Source: Felis catus (taxonomy: Eukaryota). Taken from it: a stretch of DNA of 64,000 bases. A program made the position numbers and the translations under genes. Below the pieces are notes generated by a model. It had not been told where the DNA came from, did no database searches, and saw nothing but the letters and a program-made list of their open reading frames with translations. The stretch covers positions 83,948,001-84,012,000 of the forward strand of contig NC_058378.1 in the NCBI RefSeq assembly GCF_018350175.1, written 5' to 3'. Below, in pieces: positions 25,307 to 36,733 of this stretch; the first letter of the stretch is position 1; each line of letters opens with the position of its first letter.

Positions 25307-25510
25307 GGGGCATCTGGGTGGCTCGGTTGGTTAAGCATCCAACTTAGGCTCAGGTTATGATCTCAGGGTTCATGGGTCCAAGCCTCGCATCAGGCTCTGT
25401 GCTGACAGCTCGGAGCCTGGAGCCTGCTCTGATTCTGCGTCTCCCTCTCTCTCTGCCCCTCCCCTGCTCTGCTCTGCCTCTGTCTCTCTCTCAGAAAAAT
25501 AAATGAGCTA
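25307..25510 (+). mobile_element. Feline Can-SINE inserted at the L1MC tail
   Basis: ggggcatctgggtggctcggttggttaagc...; TSD-like aaaaatacactctat / aaaaagtactctat. Confidence 0.94.
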
Positions 25511-26880
25511 AAAAGTACTCTATGAATAACAATTAAACAGGTCATTCTAATGATAAAAGAGAGGCTGATGGGCTGGATGGGGGACACAGTGGTGGCATCT
25601 TCATTTTCTGTGCAGGGCTCACTTCAGCCCAGCTTTCTGGGGAGCCCAGCTCACTCTGCCGCGCAAGGGAGCACATGGGGTGGGGACACAGAGGGAAGAG
25701 CTGGCAGGTCCTGGTGCTTTGGCTGCAGGATTAGGGTGGCTTGGTGAGCTATTTATAGGGACACTCAAGGAAGTCGCTTAAGAAGGGACGGGAAGCCTTA
25801 CCAAGGCGTGGGTCTCAGCTAACCCTGCTCACGGCCAGGGCTACCTGGGGAGGCTGGTACCTCTGTGTCGTGAGTGTCAATGCCAGAAGCACCAAATTGT
25901 GAGTGTGACCCACACCATGGGAGAATGGAACCAAGATGGTTTCTGTAAGGACAGGACGCAGCTTTGGCAGGAGGGAGCAGCCCACACAATGCACTTAGAG
26001 CTGTGTCCTACTGCTTAAAGAAATAAACGGCATTCAGAGTCACTCGACCTGGGCAGATCTGGTCACTCGATCTGGTGGCACCTCCACCAGATAGAAAGGC
26101 CTATTGTAATAGGTATCTTCAGTCTTCCAGAGATTGGGAAGAAAATTAATACCGAGCTCTGGGGGGTGGGAGGGTTCACTTTCCCTTTGAGTCTCGTCTC
26201 TGGAAAGCCCTGAGTCCCCTGGCTTGTGTAGACCACCTCATAGGACCCTCTGGTCCTGGGTTTCTACCCTGTAGCTCATCTCCCCAAAGTATACCTTGGA
26301 AGACTTTCCATTAGAGTTGTTTATGCTTAAAAAAAAAATGGAAGTGGGTGGGTATTTGTACTTTACACGTCATTCATTATTCTAAATGTAATTTTAATCA
26401 GTTCGACATGAAAGCATCTTAATATTCTCAATAATGGCACTGGTAACTTTAAATATTAAAACCCACATTAGGAATTCCCCTGTCTATGTAAAAACTGCAG
26501 TATTTGCATTATGGATTGTGAGTTTGACCCAGTCTATACTTTCTGAGCTCAATTTTAGATGATCCTTAGTGCTGGTTCCCAAGCCCACAGCAAATGCCAG
26601 GGAGATTAGTGGTAAACAAGGCCCTAACACATCAAAATTAAATGTTCCTAATTATCAACTTTAAACAAATCCTCATCATGCAGAAGGGCTAATTCCTCAC
26701 CACGTGTTTGTGGCACTCAGAGAAGGCTTTTAGGACACACAGCATTACCATAATTTTTTCGACTGGCGTTCTCATAGGACATCAGATGAAGTCCCTACCC
26801 TTAATTTTAATTGCATAGGCTGAATTCTTAATTAAAAACTGTACAAATGGATTTTATGCCATGCCAAAAGAAATCCAAGT

Positions 26881-27061
26881 NNNNNNNNNNNNNNNNNNNN
26901 NNNNNNNNNNNNNNNNNNNNNNNNNNNNNNNNNNNNNNNNNNNNNNNNNNNNNNNNNNNNNNNNNNNNNNNNNNNNNNNNNNNNNNNNNNNNNNNNNNNN
27001 NNNNNNNNNNNNNNNNNNNNNNNNNNNNNNNNNNNNNNNNNNNNNNNNNNNNNNNNNNNNN
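26881..27061. other. N-run (181 nt)
   Basis: Run of N seen directly. Confidence 0.99.
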
Positions 27062-27428
27062 TTACATTTTTCCTTGTCGACCGAGATTCATTTTAAATTC
27101 AAATTCTTTAGAGATTTGTAGGGGGAAATCCTTGTTGACCTTTTCTCCCTGGGTTTCACAAATGAAAGCTCATAAACCCTTTAATAATTTTGCTTATTAA
27201 GACACAATTACATCACCTTCAGTGACAACAGAAATCAGACTTGCCAGTGTCTAAAATTAAGAGGAGCCTTCTCCAAATGCACACGATTTACTGTTTCTTG
27301 TAAATCCATAGTTTCTAATTTAAATAATTTTGCCCCAAAATGCTGTCAAAGCCATGCTTGCATTTCAACTTCGCAACTTTTAAACAGAGAGGCTCAAAGG
27401 AACTGTGTGTACATTTTCTGTTGTTTTA

Positions 27429-27546
27429 TTTCATTTCATTTCATTTTGTTTATTTTTTTAAATATGAAATTTATTGTCAAATTGGTTTCCATACAATACC
27501 CAGTGCTCATCCCAACGGGTGCCCTCTTCAATGCCCATCACCCACT
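27429..27546 (-). mobile_element. Severely 5'-truncated feline L1 (L1_Fc-like 3' end)
   Basis: tttattgtcaaattggtttccatacaatacccagtgctcatccca...gccctcttcaatgcccatcaccca; TSD ttttctgttgtttta at 27414-27428 and 27549-27563. Confidence 0.88.
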
Positions 27547-27805
27547 CGTTTTCTGTTGTTTTAAATGTGTTTTGCCTATACACACAGGCATCGAATAAAC
27601 ACATGTATATGTTGAGTGCTGGGTCTCATTGACCAGGAAAAAGCTTCTCTCTTATAGATGGAAGGAATTTGGGTGGTTGGGGGTATAGAAGTTAGTTAGG
27701 ACTAAATCACAGCCTAATGTTTCTCTGAACAGAACCACCTCTGCAGTATTTGTTACAGCAGAAAATAAAAATTTTGAAGATATGCGTCTATACCTTGAAT
27801 GCAGC

Positions 27806-28228
27806 TGTGCTGTCCTATATACTAGCCGGTGGCCCTATGTGATTATTTAAGCTTAAATTGAAAGTAGTTAAGAGTAAATAAAATTTAAAATTTGATTCCT
27901 CAGTCATACCAGCCACATTTCTTTTTTTTTTTTTTAACTTACTGAAACAAGATTTTATTTTATTTTTTTAATTTAAATTCAAGTTAGCTAGTGCACAGTG
28001 CATACAGTCTAGTCTTGGCTTCCAGAGTAGAGCCCAGTGATTCGTCTCTTACATACAATGCCCAGCGCTCATCCCAGCAAGTGCCCTCCTAAATACCCAT
28101 CCCCCACTTAACCCACTCCCCACCCAACACTCCTCCAGAAACCTTCAGTGTGTTCTTTGTACTTAAGAGTCTCTTATGGTTTGCCTCAGTATCCACGCCA
28201 TCAGGGCAGAAGGTTCTACTGGGCAGTG
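27806..28228. mobile_element. MER3-like hAT-Charlie element in two pieces (27806-27921 and 28198-28228)
   Basis: tgtgctgtcc...taaataaaatttaaaatttgattcctcagtcataccagccacatttc and ccatcagggcagaaggttctactgggcag. Confidence 0.75.
27922..28187 (-). mobile_element. Carnivore L1 3' end inserted in the MER3-like element
   Basis: Poly(T), then gtagagcccagtgattcgtctcttacatacaatgcccagcgctcatccc...agagtctcttatggtttgcctc. Confidence 0.88.
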
Positions 28229-29389
28229 GGGACTTGAGGCATTTTCATGCACTTGTGTGTGTGTTCCATTCTTATCTGTCTCTAGAACCTGGCTCATGTC
28301 ATGTCCACTTTCGTGCTCACAAAACTTAACACCTTAATACCATTCAGCTCCTAAGAAGTGTGCCTCCCACACGAAGCCACCCCTGACCTCTCCCTCCCTG
28401 TTTCTCACATGGCCCCACCCCTGCAGCACTTGGGCTATGTCTCCACCTCCCCAGCCACCCTGTGGCATTGATGAAGAGGGGCTTTCACAAAGAATGTCCT
28501 ATGTGAGGGTCATGGACCTTCCTTACACCTGTTCAAGACAATGTCTCCCCTGTCTCTAAGAGTGGGCCATGCCAGACACATCAGGATGCTGTAGGTGTGA
28601 CCTGTGTGTGACAAATCCCACTTGTCCCCACTGATGTGATGGAGCTGCCTCCCAGTCCTTCTCATGTTAACAGACAAGGCCATGGACTGCAGGCGGCCCT
28701 GCACTTTCCTCTCCAGAAGCTCCTGAAGGTCAGTGTAATGCTCATGCCATCAGAGAGCAAACGTCTAATGATCACCAGCACTTACCTAATCAAGGATGAG
28801 TTTCATTACCCTTTCAAGGAGATTTAGCAGGAGAAAATGCAAGCCCTGGTCAGAGCCTTGGAAATCTGAGTGAAATTATTGGCCTACTGGGTAACCAGTG
28901 CAAATATGCGCATTCTCCCTCCCCATGCTTCTCGAACCTCAGAGAGATTGCCATGTATATCAGTCAGGCATTGCCCCAATGCCTGTCATAAAGCAACAGC
29001 AATTTTTATGCCTCAGGAGTCTATGGCTCAGTGAGTGGTCCAGCTGCTTCGGACGGGCTTGGCTAACTCGGCTGGATGTGCTCACCTGCCAGCTGCCTAT
29101 GGTGGCCTTGACTGGGATGATGCCTGTCTGTTTCACAGGTCCCTCACCTTCCAGGGGGCTGGCCCATGAAGCCTTCAGACTGAAGACAGCAGAGTAAGAG
29201 AGTGAGCAGAAGCCTGCAGCACTTCCATAGAAGTAAAGCTCAGAACTGGCACATGCTCACTTCCACCATGTTCTGTGGGCCAACCAGCCTCATTAGGTAG
29301 CCCAGAGTCAACAGACTCCATCCCTTGGTGGGAAAAGCTGCAAAGTCACATTGCAAAGGGCATGGACCCAGAGACAAGTGAAGGATTGT

Positions 29390-29582
29390 NNNNNNNNNNN
29401 NNNNNNNNNNNNNNNNNNNNNNNNNNNNNNNNNNNNNNNNNNNNNNNNNNNNNNNNNNNNNNNNNNNNNNNNNNNNNNNNNNNNNNNNNNNNNNNNNNNN
29501 NNNNNNNNNNNNNNNNNNNNNNNNNNNNNNNNNNNNNNNNNNNNNNNNNNNNNNNNNNNNNNNNNNNNNNNNNNNNNNNNNN
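29390..29582. other. N-run (193 nt)
   Basis: Run of N seen directly. Confidence 0.99.
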
Positions 29583-29645
29583 CTCTAGCTTCCCTTCCAG
29601 CCCCGTCCTCAACAACCACTAATCTACTTTCCATGTCCATAGATA
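29583..29645 (-). mobile_element. Visible part of an L1MA/MB-type 3' UTR fragment nested in the MLT1
   Basis: ccagccccgtcctcaacaaccactaatctactttccatgtccatagat resembles the antisense L1M 3' UTR motif ccagcccctggcaaccactaatctactttctgtctctat. Confidence 0.65.
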
Positions 29646-30077
29646 TGAGGGTTGTGGCTATTTTTGCAATCCATCTACCCACACAGTCTCTCCTTCTAAA
29701 TGACTGATATGAAATATGCTATTCCATGAACAAAAGAACTCTGGTCTAGTTGGATAAATAATCCTGTTTCTGTTTCCATTGCCCCAGAAGGGAGGTTAGG
29801 CTGATGGGTGCTGAGATCAGAGCTCACGTTCCCTTGTCAGGTATCCTAGACTTGATCTGAAACAGCCATCTTCTACCAGAACCTCCATGGAGGGGACCCC
29901 TTTCCATTTCCTAGGCAGACACATCTGGCCTCAACCGGGGGTATTCTGGCTTGAAATTCCATGTAAAATCTGCAAGAACTTCTAGGTTAAGGAAAGTTCA
30001 ACCATGTTTTTCTCCCATTTTTTCCCCGCCACTCTTTTCCATCTGCAAATGGAACCAAGAGTGTTGAAATGTTGCAT

Positions 30078-30105
30078 GAAAAAAAAAAAGAAAGAAAGAA
30101 AGAAA

Positions 30106-30153
<48 letters not shown>

Positions 30154-30163
30154 AAAGAGAGAG
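30078..30163. repeat. A-tract plus (GAAA)n microsatellite
   Basis: Seen directly. Confidence 0.95.
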
Positions 30164-30305
30164 ACTCTCATGGTATTTCTGATCCAAGCAGAAGCAGAAA
30201 GAGCCAAGGGATCTCATGGGAGGACCTCTTCTCAATGATTTTCAGTTGAATTTTTACAGGCCCATGAGGTTAGGGTAGTTAAACAAACTTTGGATAAATG
30301 CCGCT

Positions 30306-30445
30306 NNNNNNNNNNNNNNNNNNNNNNNNNNNNNNNNNNNNNNNNNNNNNNNNNNNNNNNNNNNNNNNNNNNNNNNNNNNNNNNNNNNNNNNNNNNNNNN
30401 NNNNNNNNNNNNNNNNNNNNNNNNNNNNNNNNNNNNNNNNNNNNN
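30306..30445. other. N-run (140 nt)
   Basis: Run of N seen directly. Confidence 0.99.
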
Positions 30446-30858
30446 AAGCCTGGCATTTCATTTAATAGAATTATTCAGAGACTTCTTCATAAATTTCGTT
30501 TACACAGAAATTCATTCGGGTCGAGCTGAGTAAATCAGCAAATTAGCTAGGCTAGTCCCTGGCTTAATTCAGCAGCATTTCAGAATTCCAAACTTTCTGC
30601 CCAGTTGGCTCTGTCTGCCTGCGGATTTCCAATGTCTCACTATGAAGAGCAGCCAGGAGACAACGGTAAATGTGATCCTCCAAGTGAGAGACTCTATTGA
30701 AGACCTGACCATCCTATCATGGGTCTGACAGAGCCACTGGAGCAAACTGGGGTCTTAGGAATAATGTCACGATTGTGTCTTCAAACTGACCCCCCTTGTT
30801 TTTCTTCCACTTCAAGGGGAGGACATCTGGAGCCAGACAAACTCAGAGACATTACATC

Positions 30859-31108
30859 AGGGAGAAACAGGGAGGGGGAGAGGGAGAGGAGAGAGATGGG
30901 GAAAGAGGGGGAGAGAATGAGAGAGAGAAAGAGGAGGGGAGAGAAAGATGGAGGGAGAGAGAGGGAAGGGGGGGGAGGAGGGAGAGGGACAGAAGGAGAG
31001 AGATGGGGGAGGGGGAGGGAGAGGGGAGAGAGAGGAGAGAGGTAGAGAAAGAGGAAGAGAGGGATAGGGAGGCAGAGAGGGAGAGAGAGGAAGAGGGGAG
31101 GTTGAGAA
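30859..31108. repeat. GA-rich polypurine low-complexity tract (about 250 nt)
   Basis: Almost exclusively G and A on the + strand. Confidence 0.95.
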
Positions 31109-32049
31109 GCACTGAGCACGGCACACTGGGTCTGTCAATGTCCCTTTTTCCAGAACTATTCGAGATGGGGGAAAGAAGCAAGGAGGGAGGAAAGAGAAGC
31201 AGAGATGAAGCCCCAATATGGCACCTATAAGTGTTTTGTTTGTTTCAACAGAGAAAAGCTCCAGGAACACAGGAAAGTGAGCTGAAGGAGGGGTGAGGGG
31301 GGTGGGGGAGCCAGTCTCCTCTGCCAAACCAGCCTTTTCTCTGTAAAGCTTTTGTTTCTTCAAAGGTGCCATAAAGCCTGAAAGGAAAAGAAATGAGGGG
31401 CTCCAATGTTATTCTTTTCAGATCTTTCTTTTCGCTGTTGACTTTGATTTCAGACTCCACAACCCGCCCACTTTGGCTTGGCTTCCCTCCTCCCCTGCCC
31501 CCTTTGGTGCCATGAATGAAGTCTATCAGCCAGCAGCGGGCTTGTCATTAGCAATCCAGGTGATAGCACACACAGAATGCATCTGTATGGGTTCCCTTAC
31601 TCCTTGAAAAGTGACATCTTGTCGTGGACTTCCTTATTTCAAAGACTTACTTGAGACTCTCCTGCTGAACCCGGGAACTGGAAGAGTCCTTGAGGACCCA
31701 CGGAGTGTAATTGTTAAGCCACGTGCCAGAAAAGAAAAAGGCAAAACCTTCTTGATTTGCCCTAAAATCTTAAACTTTACCTGGGAGCTTTACAGTCCTT
31801 CTAAATATACTTTGGCTCCTTCCCCAGGAAGAGGAATGATGGGAAAAGGTGACTCATTAAGAACCATGTTTTCTTTTCAGCCCTTCTCCCAAGGTTTTAT
31901 GATCAAAAACAAATAAACAAACACCTCAGTGCAAGTTCGGTCCTCATCTGTTCTTGCACTTTCTCTCCCTAACCACACCCCCTTTCTCTTCCTACAACGG
32001 CCAACCCCAGGTCCTTGATCTTTCTAATTCACACTTGAGTTTGATATTT

Positions 32050-32533
32050 GAGTACCTGTGATTCCAGGCGTTGTGCAAGGCACTGAGAGTGTCTGGGTGA
32101 GCAAGACACAGTCCGGGTCCCCAGGCACCTCCTGGGCCAACGAGAGAAACTGCAATACTGTGTGATACATTCTCACTGGAGGTATATATGCAAGCTCCCC
32201 GGCACCTAGAGAAGGAAAGTGCTGACTTTGTTGGGGAAGTCAGAGATAATTTCATGGGGGAGGGGTGATATTTTCACAGGATATTAAATATGAGGTCAGG
32301 GTTTTCAAGGTGGAGAAATGAGAAGAAAGTGTTACAGGAACAGGAGCATGGTACAGTCAGTGCGGATGATGGGTCTGGGCCACTCACGTTGTACTTGGGA
32401 GAGAGTCCTGCGAGATCAAAGCTTAGAGCCTGCAGAGTGCAGAGAAGTAGAGACTAAACCCAATGTGGCCACCTGAAAAGGGCCCTGTTTTCCTGGCGAA
32501 GGAGTCTGGGATTTATATATCTATCTATATCTG

Positions 32534-32564
<31 letters not shown>

Positions 32565-33900
32565 ATATAATAGATGGCTGGATAGTACTAATAGATGGCT
32601 GGAAGGTGATTGGGCTACTGGGAGGACCAGGAACAAGATCACCAGCCAGGAAGTTATTGCAATTACCTAAGCGAGGAAGGGGCCAATATAAGAGGTTTCA
32701 GAGGTGAATGGACTTGATGCAGAGACTCGGGGGAGAAGGACTCAAAAGAAAGGACTGAGGCTGCCTCAGAGGTCTAGATAACACCAGAAAGTTAATGGTG
32801 GTGACATTGCATCACCCGTGGGGCAAAACCATGGGGAAGATGTGAAGGGCATGGGGATAAGAAAGGCAGAGAAAGTGACTTCAGTTTGTTCATAGTCAAG
32901 ATGCCTGTGTGATCCATCTGAGTGGAATTATCCAGAAAGCCACTGAAGTGCAGAAATGATTTTGAGGAAGGACTGGATCCTGCAGAGTACAATATGGCAT
33001 TTGTGAGCATGTCAAGCACAGCCTAAAGTCTTAGGAAGACTGAAACGACCCAGAAACATTCCATAAAAGAAGGAACAGAGCAGGAAGTACCATGAAAAGT
33101 CCCTGATATAAAATGCAGTAAGATACAAACCTTGTCCCCAACTCCACTCACCTGCCCCCTGTAAAAGGGCAAAGGATTTGCATATACCAGGAGACAATGG
33201 ACATCAAACCAACAAATGCAATGAATTATCATGAGCCATTGATAAAGGTGTGCATTTACTGATTGCATTGGTGGCTTATAGCAGAGTGTTGAGGGTAGGT
33301 GATGGGAAAGAAAAAGGAGAGGACAGGAGAGCTTCTCAGAGGAAGAGATAGAACCGGTCTCTGAAGGCAGCAGGAATTCAACAGGCAAATGAACAGTGGA
33401 AGAGCAGCCCGGCCGACAGCAGGAGCAGAGCCATGGAAGTGTGAAGCAGCCAAGTTCCTTTAGTTGGGCCTTAGCTGGGAGTAGAAGGTAGGAGGTGGGG
33501 CCGTGGTGAGGGCAGAGGCTGAGGATATGCTCAGGGGCCAGACTATGGGGAATTTGGACTGCATCTTGTACTCAAAGGGGAAATACCAAAGAATTAGGTA
33601 AGATGGTAACATGGTCAGGTTTACAGTTTTGAAAGTTTGTTTTGGCACTTGATAGAGGGAAGATTTGGAGAAGTCTGAGATGTAGGGAAGGCAGACTGAT
33701 CAGAAAGCTATTCCATCTGCAGATGAGAAAGAACAATGATTTGAAATATGGGCAGGAGAGGAAATAGACCACAGACAGGAAGAAGAGAATGGAGAATCAG
33801 TAAGAATTGGTTGCTGGTGTGGTTGTTGAGGAATGAGGTAATTAAGTCTTAGCTCCAGACTGGGGGCTGGTGGACATGGGTGTTGCAGCCCATGACAGGA
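32050..33900 (-). mobile_element. Degenerate L2 fragments with an internal (TATC)n at about 32514-32568
   Basis: tatttgagtacctgtgattccaggcgttgtgcaaggcactgag; ggggaagtcagagataatttcatgggggagg; gaatttggactgcatcttg...catggtcaggtttacagtttt. Confidence 0.7.
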
Positions 33901-36690
33901 AATCAAGGCAGAAAAGCTATTTAAGGATAATGTTGAGACAAGATGGAGGAGGGGGGGCTTGAGAAAAGTGGCCATCAAGTTCTTGGGGGTTGGGGGGCTC
34001 CATGTTATCATGACCACTGGCATGCCTATGTTGAGCCCTTAAATGACATTTGTTTACCATTAAAATGTTGAAATACAAATTGTTACATTAAAAACCATAT
34101 GTTCAAATCTTTATCTACAGACATCAACCCATCCCCAACTTCTCTCAAATTTCTAATAAGCCCTTTACTGCTAGAAAACCAACTAGACACAGCTACACTC
34201 ACAGAACAACAAAGGTAATGACACTACAGGAATGTCTAGTTGACTATTTCATCAATCCATGTGGGAGCCCAAATTCCTCTCAATATATTCATTCACACTC
34301 TAATTTGAATTTTTATCACAGTGCAAAATAATGTGATGGGCAAAAAGCACAAAATTTACAGAAATAGTAAGTACCAGATATTCCAAAAATTTTCTGAACA
34401 TAATAATGTCTTCCAGAGATGGAAACATGGATTATCTGCAAATAATTATCTAACAACTATTGTGTAATGGCATTACTCATCTCTTCTCTGGGATACTATC
34501 ATCATTGAAAACTACCATGTGTTTGCGAAGCAAACCTGTCACTTCTTTTAGCATATTTGCAGAATAAGTTTTATGACAATTCTCTGTTCTTCCCAAAAGC
34601 CAAGCCAAATATTTATTCCCCTGGAGTAGCTAACAAAGCAGGTACCACCAAAATAAAAGACAATTGAGAATAATTTGTAGTATGGAATTTGATTTTTTAA
34701 ATTAAAAAGAAATGATTAAAAATGCACGCCATCTTTGCATCTATTTGTATGGTGACCAATTCTACTAAAACTCTCCCATTATTAGAAGGACCACAAGTAG
34801 AGAGGACATAGTAAAAATAAAGGCAAGAGAAGGGGGTGAGTTTGGAGAGGCACAGAAAAGACAAGGCAGAAATACTCTAAATGCACAGCTTCAAGACTCC
34901 CAAGTGAGTCATTACCATTCTTCCATTTCAGAGCTTGAGATAAGTCATTTTACCAGTTTCCTCTGTCTAGGAGTTTGCTTCCATTTAGGATGTAGGAAGC
35001 TTCAATAGGTCTTTACTCCCACCCAAACAATGAGAAAAAAAGATAGGATAATCTATAAGTCTTACATTTTCTTGAGTTGATGTCACAAGGTAACTAAGTG
35101 AACTGAGTTTTGAATGGTGGCAAGCCTCTCCTAGGAGACATAAGCTATCCTAATGGTTTTACCTTTGGCAGTGCATGGAAAAAAGAAGCAGATACCATGA
35201 AAGCAAGTAAAAAGGGAAAAGCTGAAATTTTGACAAACTCTTACAGACCAAGAGTGGGCTACAATTAGCATTTTAAATCCTTGGGAGCCTTGAACATGAA
35301 GGGAGTCCACAAGCCCTCACAAGCTCTTTCCACAGGCCAGTACTAGGAGCTTGCAAGAAACTATGGAGTAAGAGAGAAGACCTATATGGGTCCCACTCAT
35401 TGGTACAGATGCACTAACCCCTGCTTCCCAGAACTTTATGTCATATTAAGGAAATGTCTTAAACCACTGAGGAAGGGACAGGAAATCCCTACCTCACCCC
35501 AGGACACAAGCAAAGACCCACTATCTATATAGAGGAGGTAGAAACAAAATATGTTTCTCCATGCTCCAAACAGGAGCCTTGAAGTCTCCTTCTAGAAAAA
35601 GGGCAGGAAACACTCCCCCACTAAAGACACTCTTTCAGATATATAGCAGTCTGGCTGCCCAGTGGAGACAGGCAGAAACACTAAGGAATCCCCTTTTAAA
35701 GTACACATGTACAGGGTCTGCCAAAGACTAAGGCTCAACCAGGAGAGCTGAGAATCACCCCCTAATCTCATTCTGAGCCTTATGCCAATAGTAGTCTTCC
35801 TGAACCGTGGAGTGTAGAAGTTGCTGAAAGTTGAAGATGTGACAGGGACACTGAAAAACCCTTGGGCATCCAAAGCCCTGACAAGGAAAAAGATTGCACC
35901 AGCCCATCAGTGGAGGAAGTTCTAGTCTGTGGTGTACTAAATACAACTGTAGTAACAATAAAACCTGAAAACAATCCACTTAGTGACTAGATTGACTCAG
36001 CACACCACAATAATGACCCAGCAGAGGAGGAGGTATGCCCATTTGGAGCATACATCAGTATCCACTATTCTCCTCCACTTAATGTCCTTCATTCAATCAA
36101 AAATGACAAAATACATGTATGAGCTTGTATGCACACATGTGCACAAGCAAGAGAGCCAAAAAAACTTTTAAGAGATAAGATGGTAAATAGAGACCCAGAG
36201 ATGAACAAAATATTGATGCTAATAGGAGCTTCAAAATAACTATAATCAATACATTAAGGATCTAATGAAAAAGTATGTGATGGCGATTAGAAAACAGAGT
36301 CAAATAGAAATGGTAGAAAATAGAAAACATGATATCAGTAATAAAGTCTTCCTTCAATTGACACAATGGGAAACTAGACAATAAAAGTAATAGCAATAAT
36401 AATAACAAGAAAATAGTGATTTTTAAGCTAAATCAATAGAGGATATCCAGACTGAAAAACAAATAGAGGCAAAAAGCAGTAGAAACAGGGAAGAGAAACA
36501 GAACATAACTCCCAAGACATGTAGGACAATATCAAATGTTCTAATGTACTGATATAGTCCTAGAAGGTTAAAAAGGGAATGGGACAGAAGAAATATTTTA
36601 AGAGATAATGACCAAATATTTTTGAAAATTAGTAAAAGGCAAGCAAGACATGAACCAAGAAGCTCAAAGAACTCCAAGGAAAATAAATTA

Positions 36691-36692
<2 letters not shown>

Positions 36693-36728
<36 letters not shown>

Positions 36729-36733
36729 TGCAC
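36693..36733. repeat. (CA)n microsatellite inside L1
   Basis: Seen directly. Confidence 0.95.

Larger units (their letters stand above)
28950..29685 (-). mobile_element. MaLR LTR (MLT1G/H-like) interrupted by an insertion and an N-run
   Basis: gaactggcacatgctcacttccaccatgttctgtgggcca...gctgcaaagtcacattgcaaagggcatgga...ggctatttttgcaatccatctacc. Confidence 0.85.

Noticed and set aside
30719-31372. Overlapping Glu/Arg/Gly- and Leu/Ser/Pro-rich ORFs
   Set aside because: Translations of the GA-rich low-complexity tract
32568-32603. Short local duplications (taatagatggctgga x2; also cctaggctca x2 near 48533, ccctccttcact near 48699 and aattag repeats near 49480)
   Set aside because: Ordinary slippage duplications, not CRISPR-like or otherwise structured arrays
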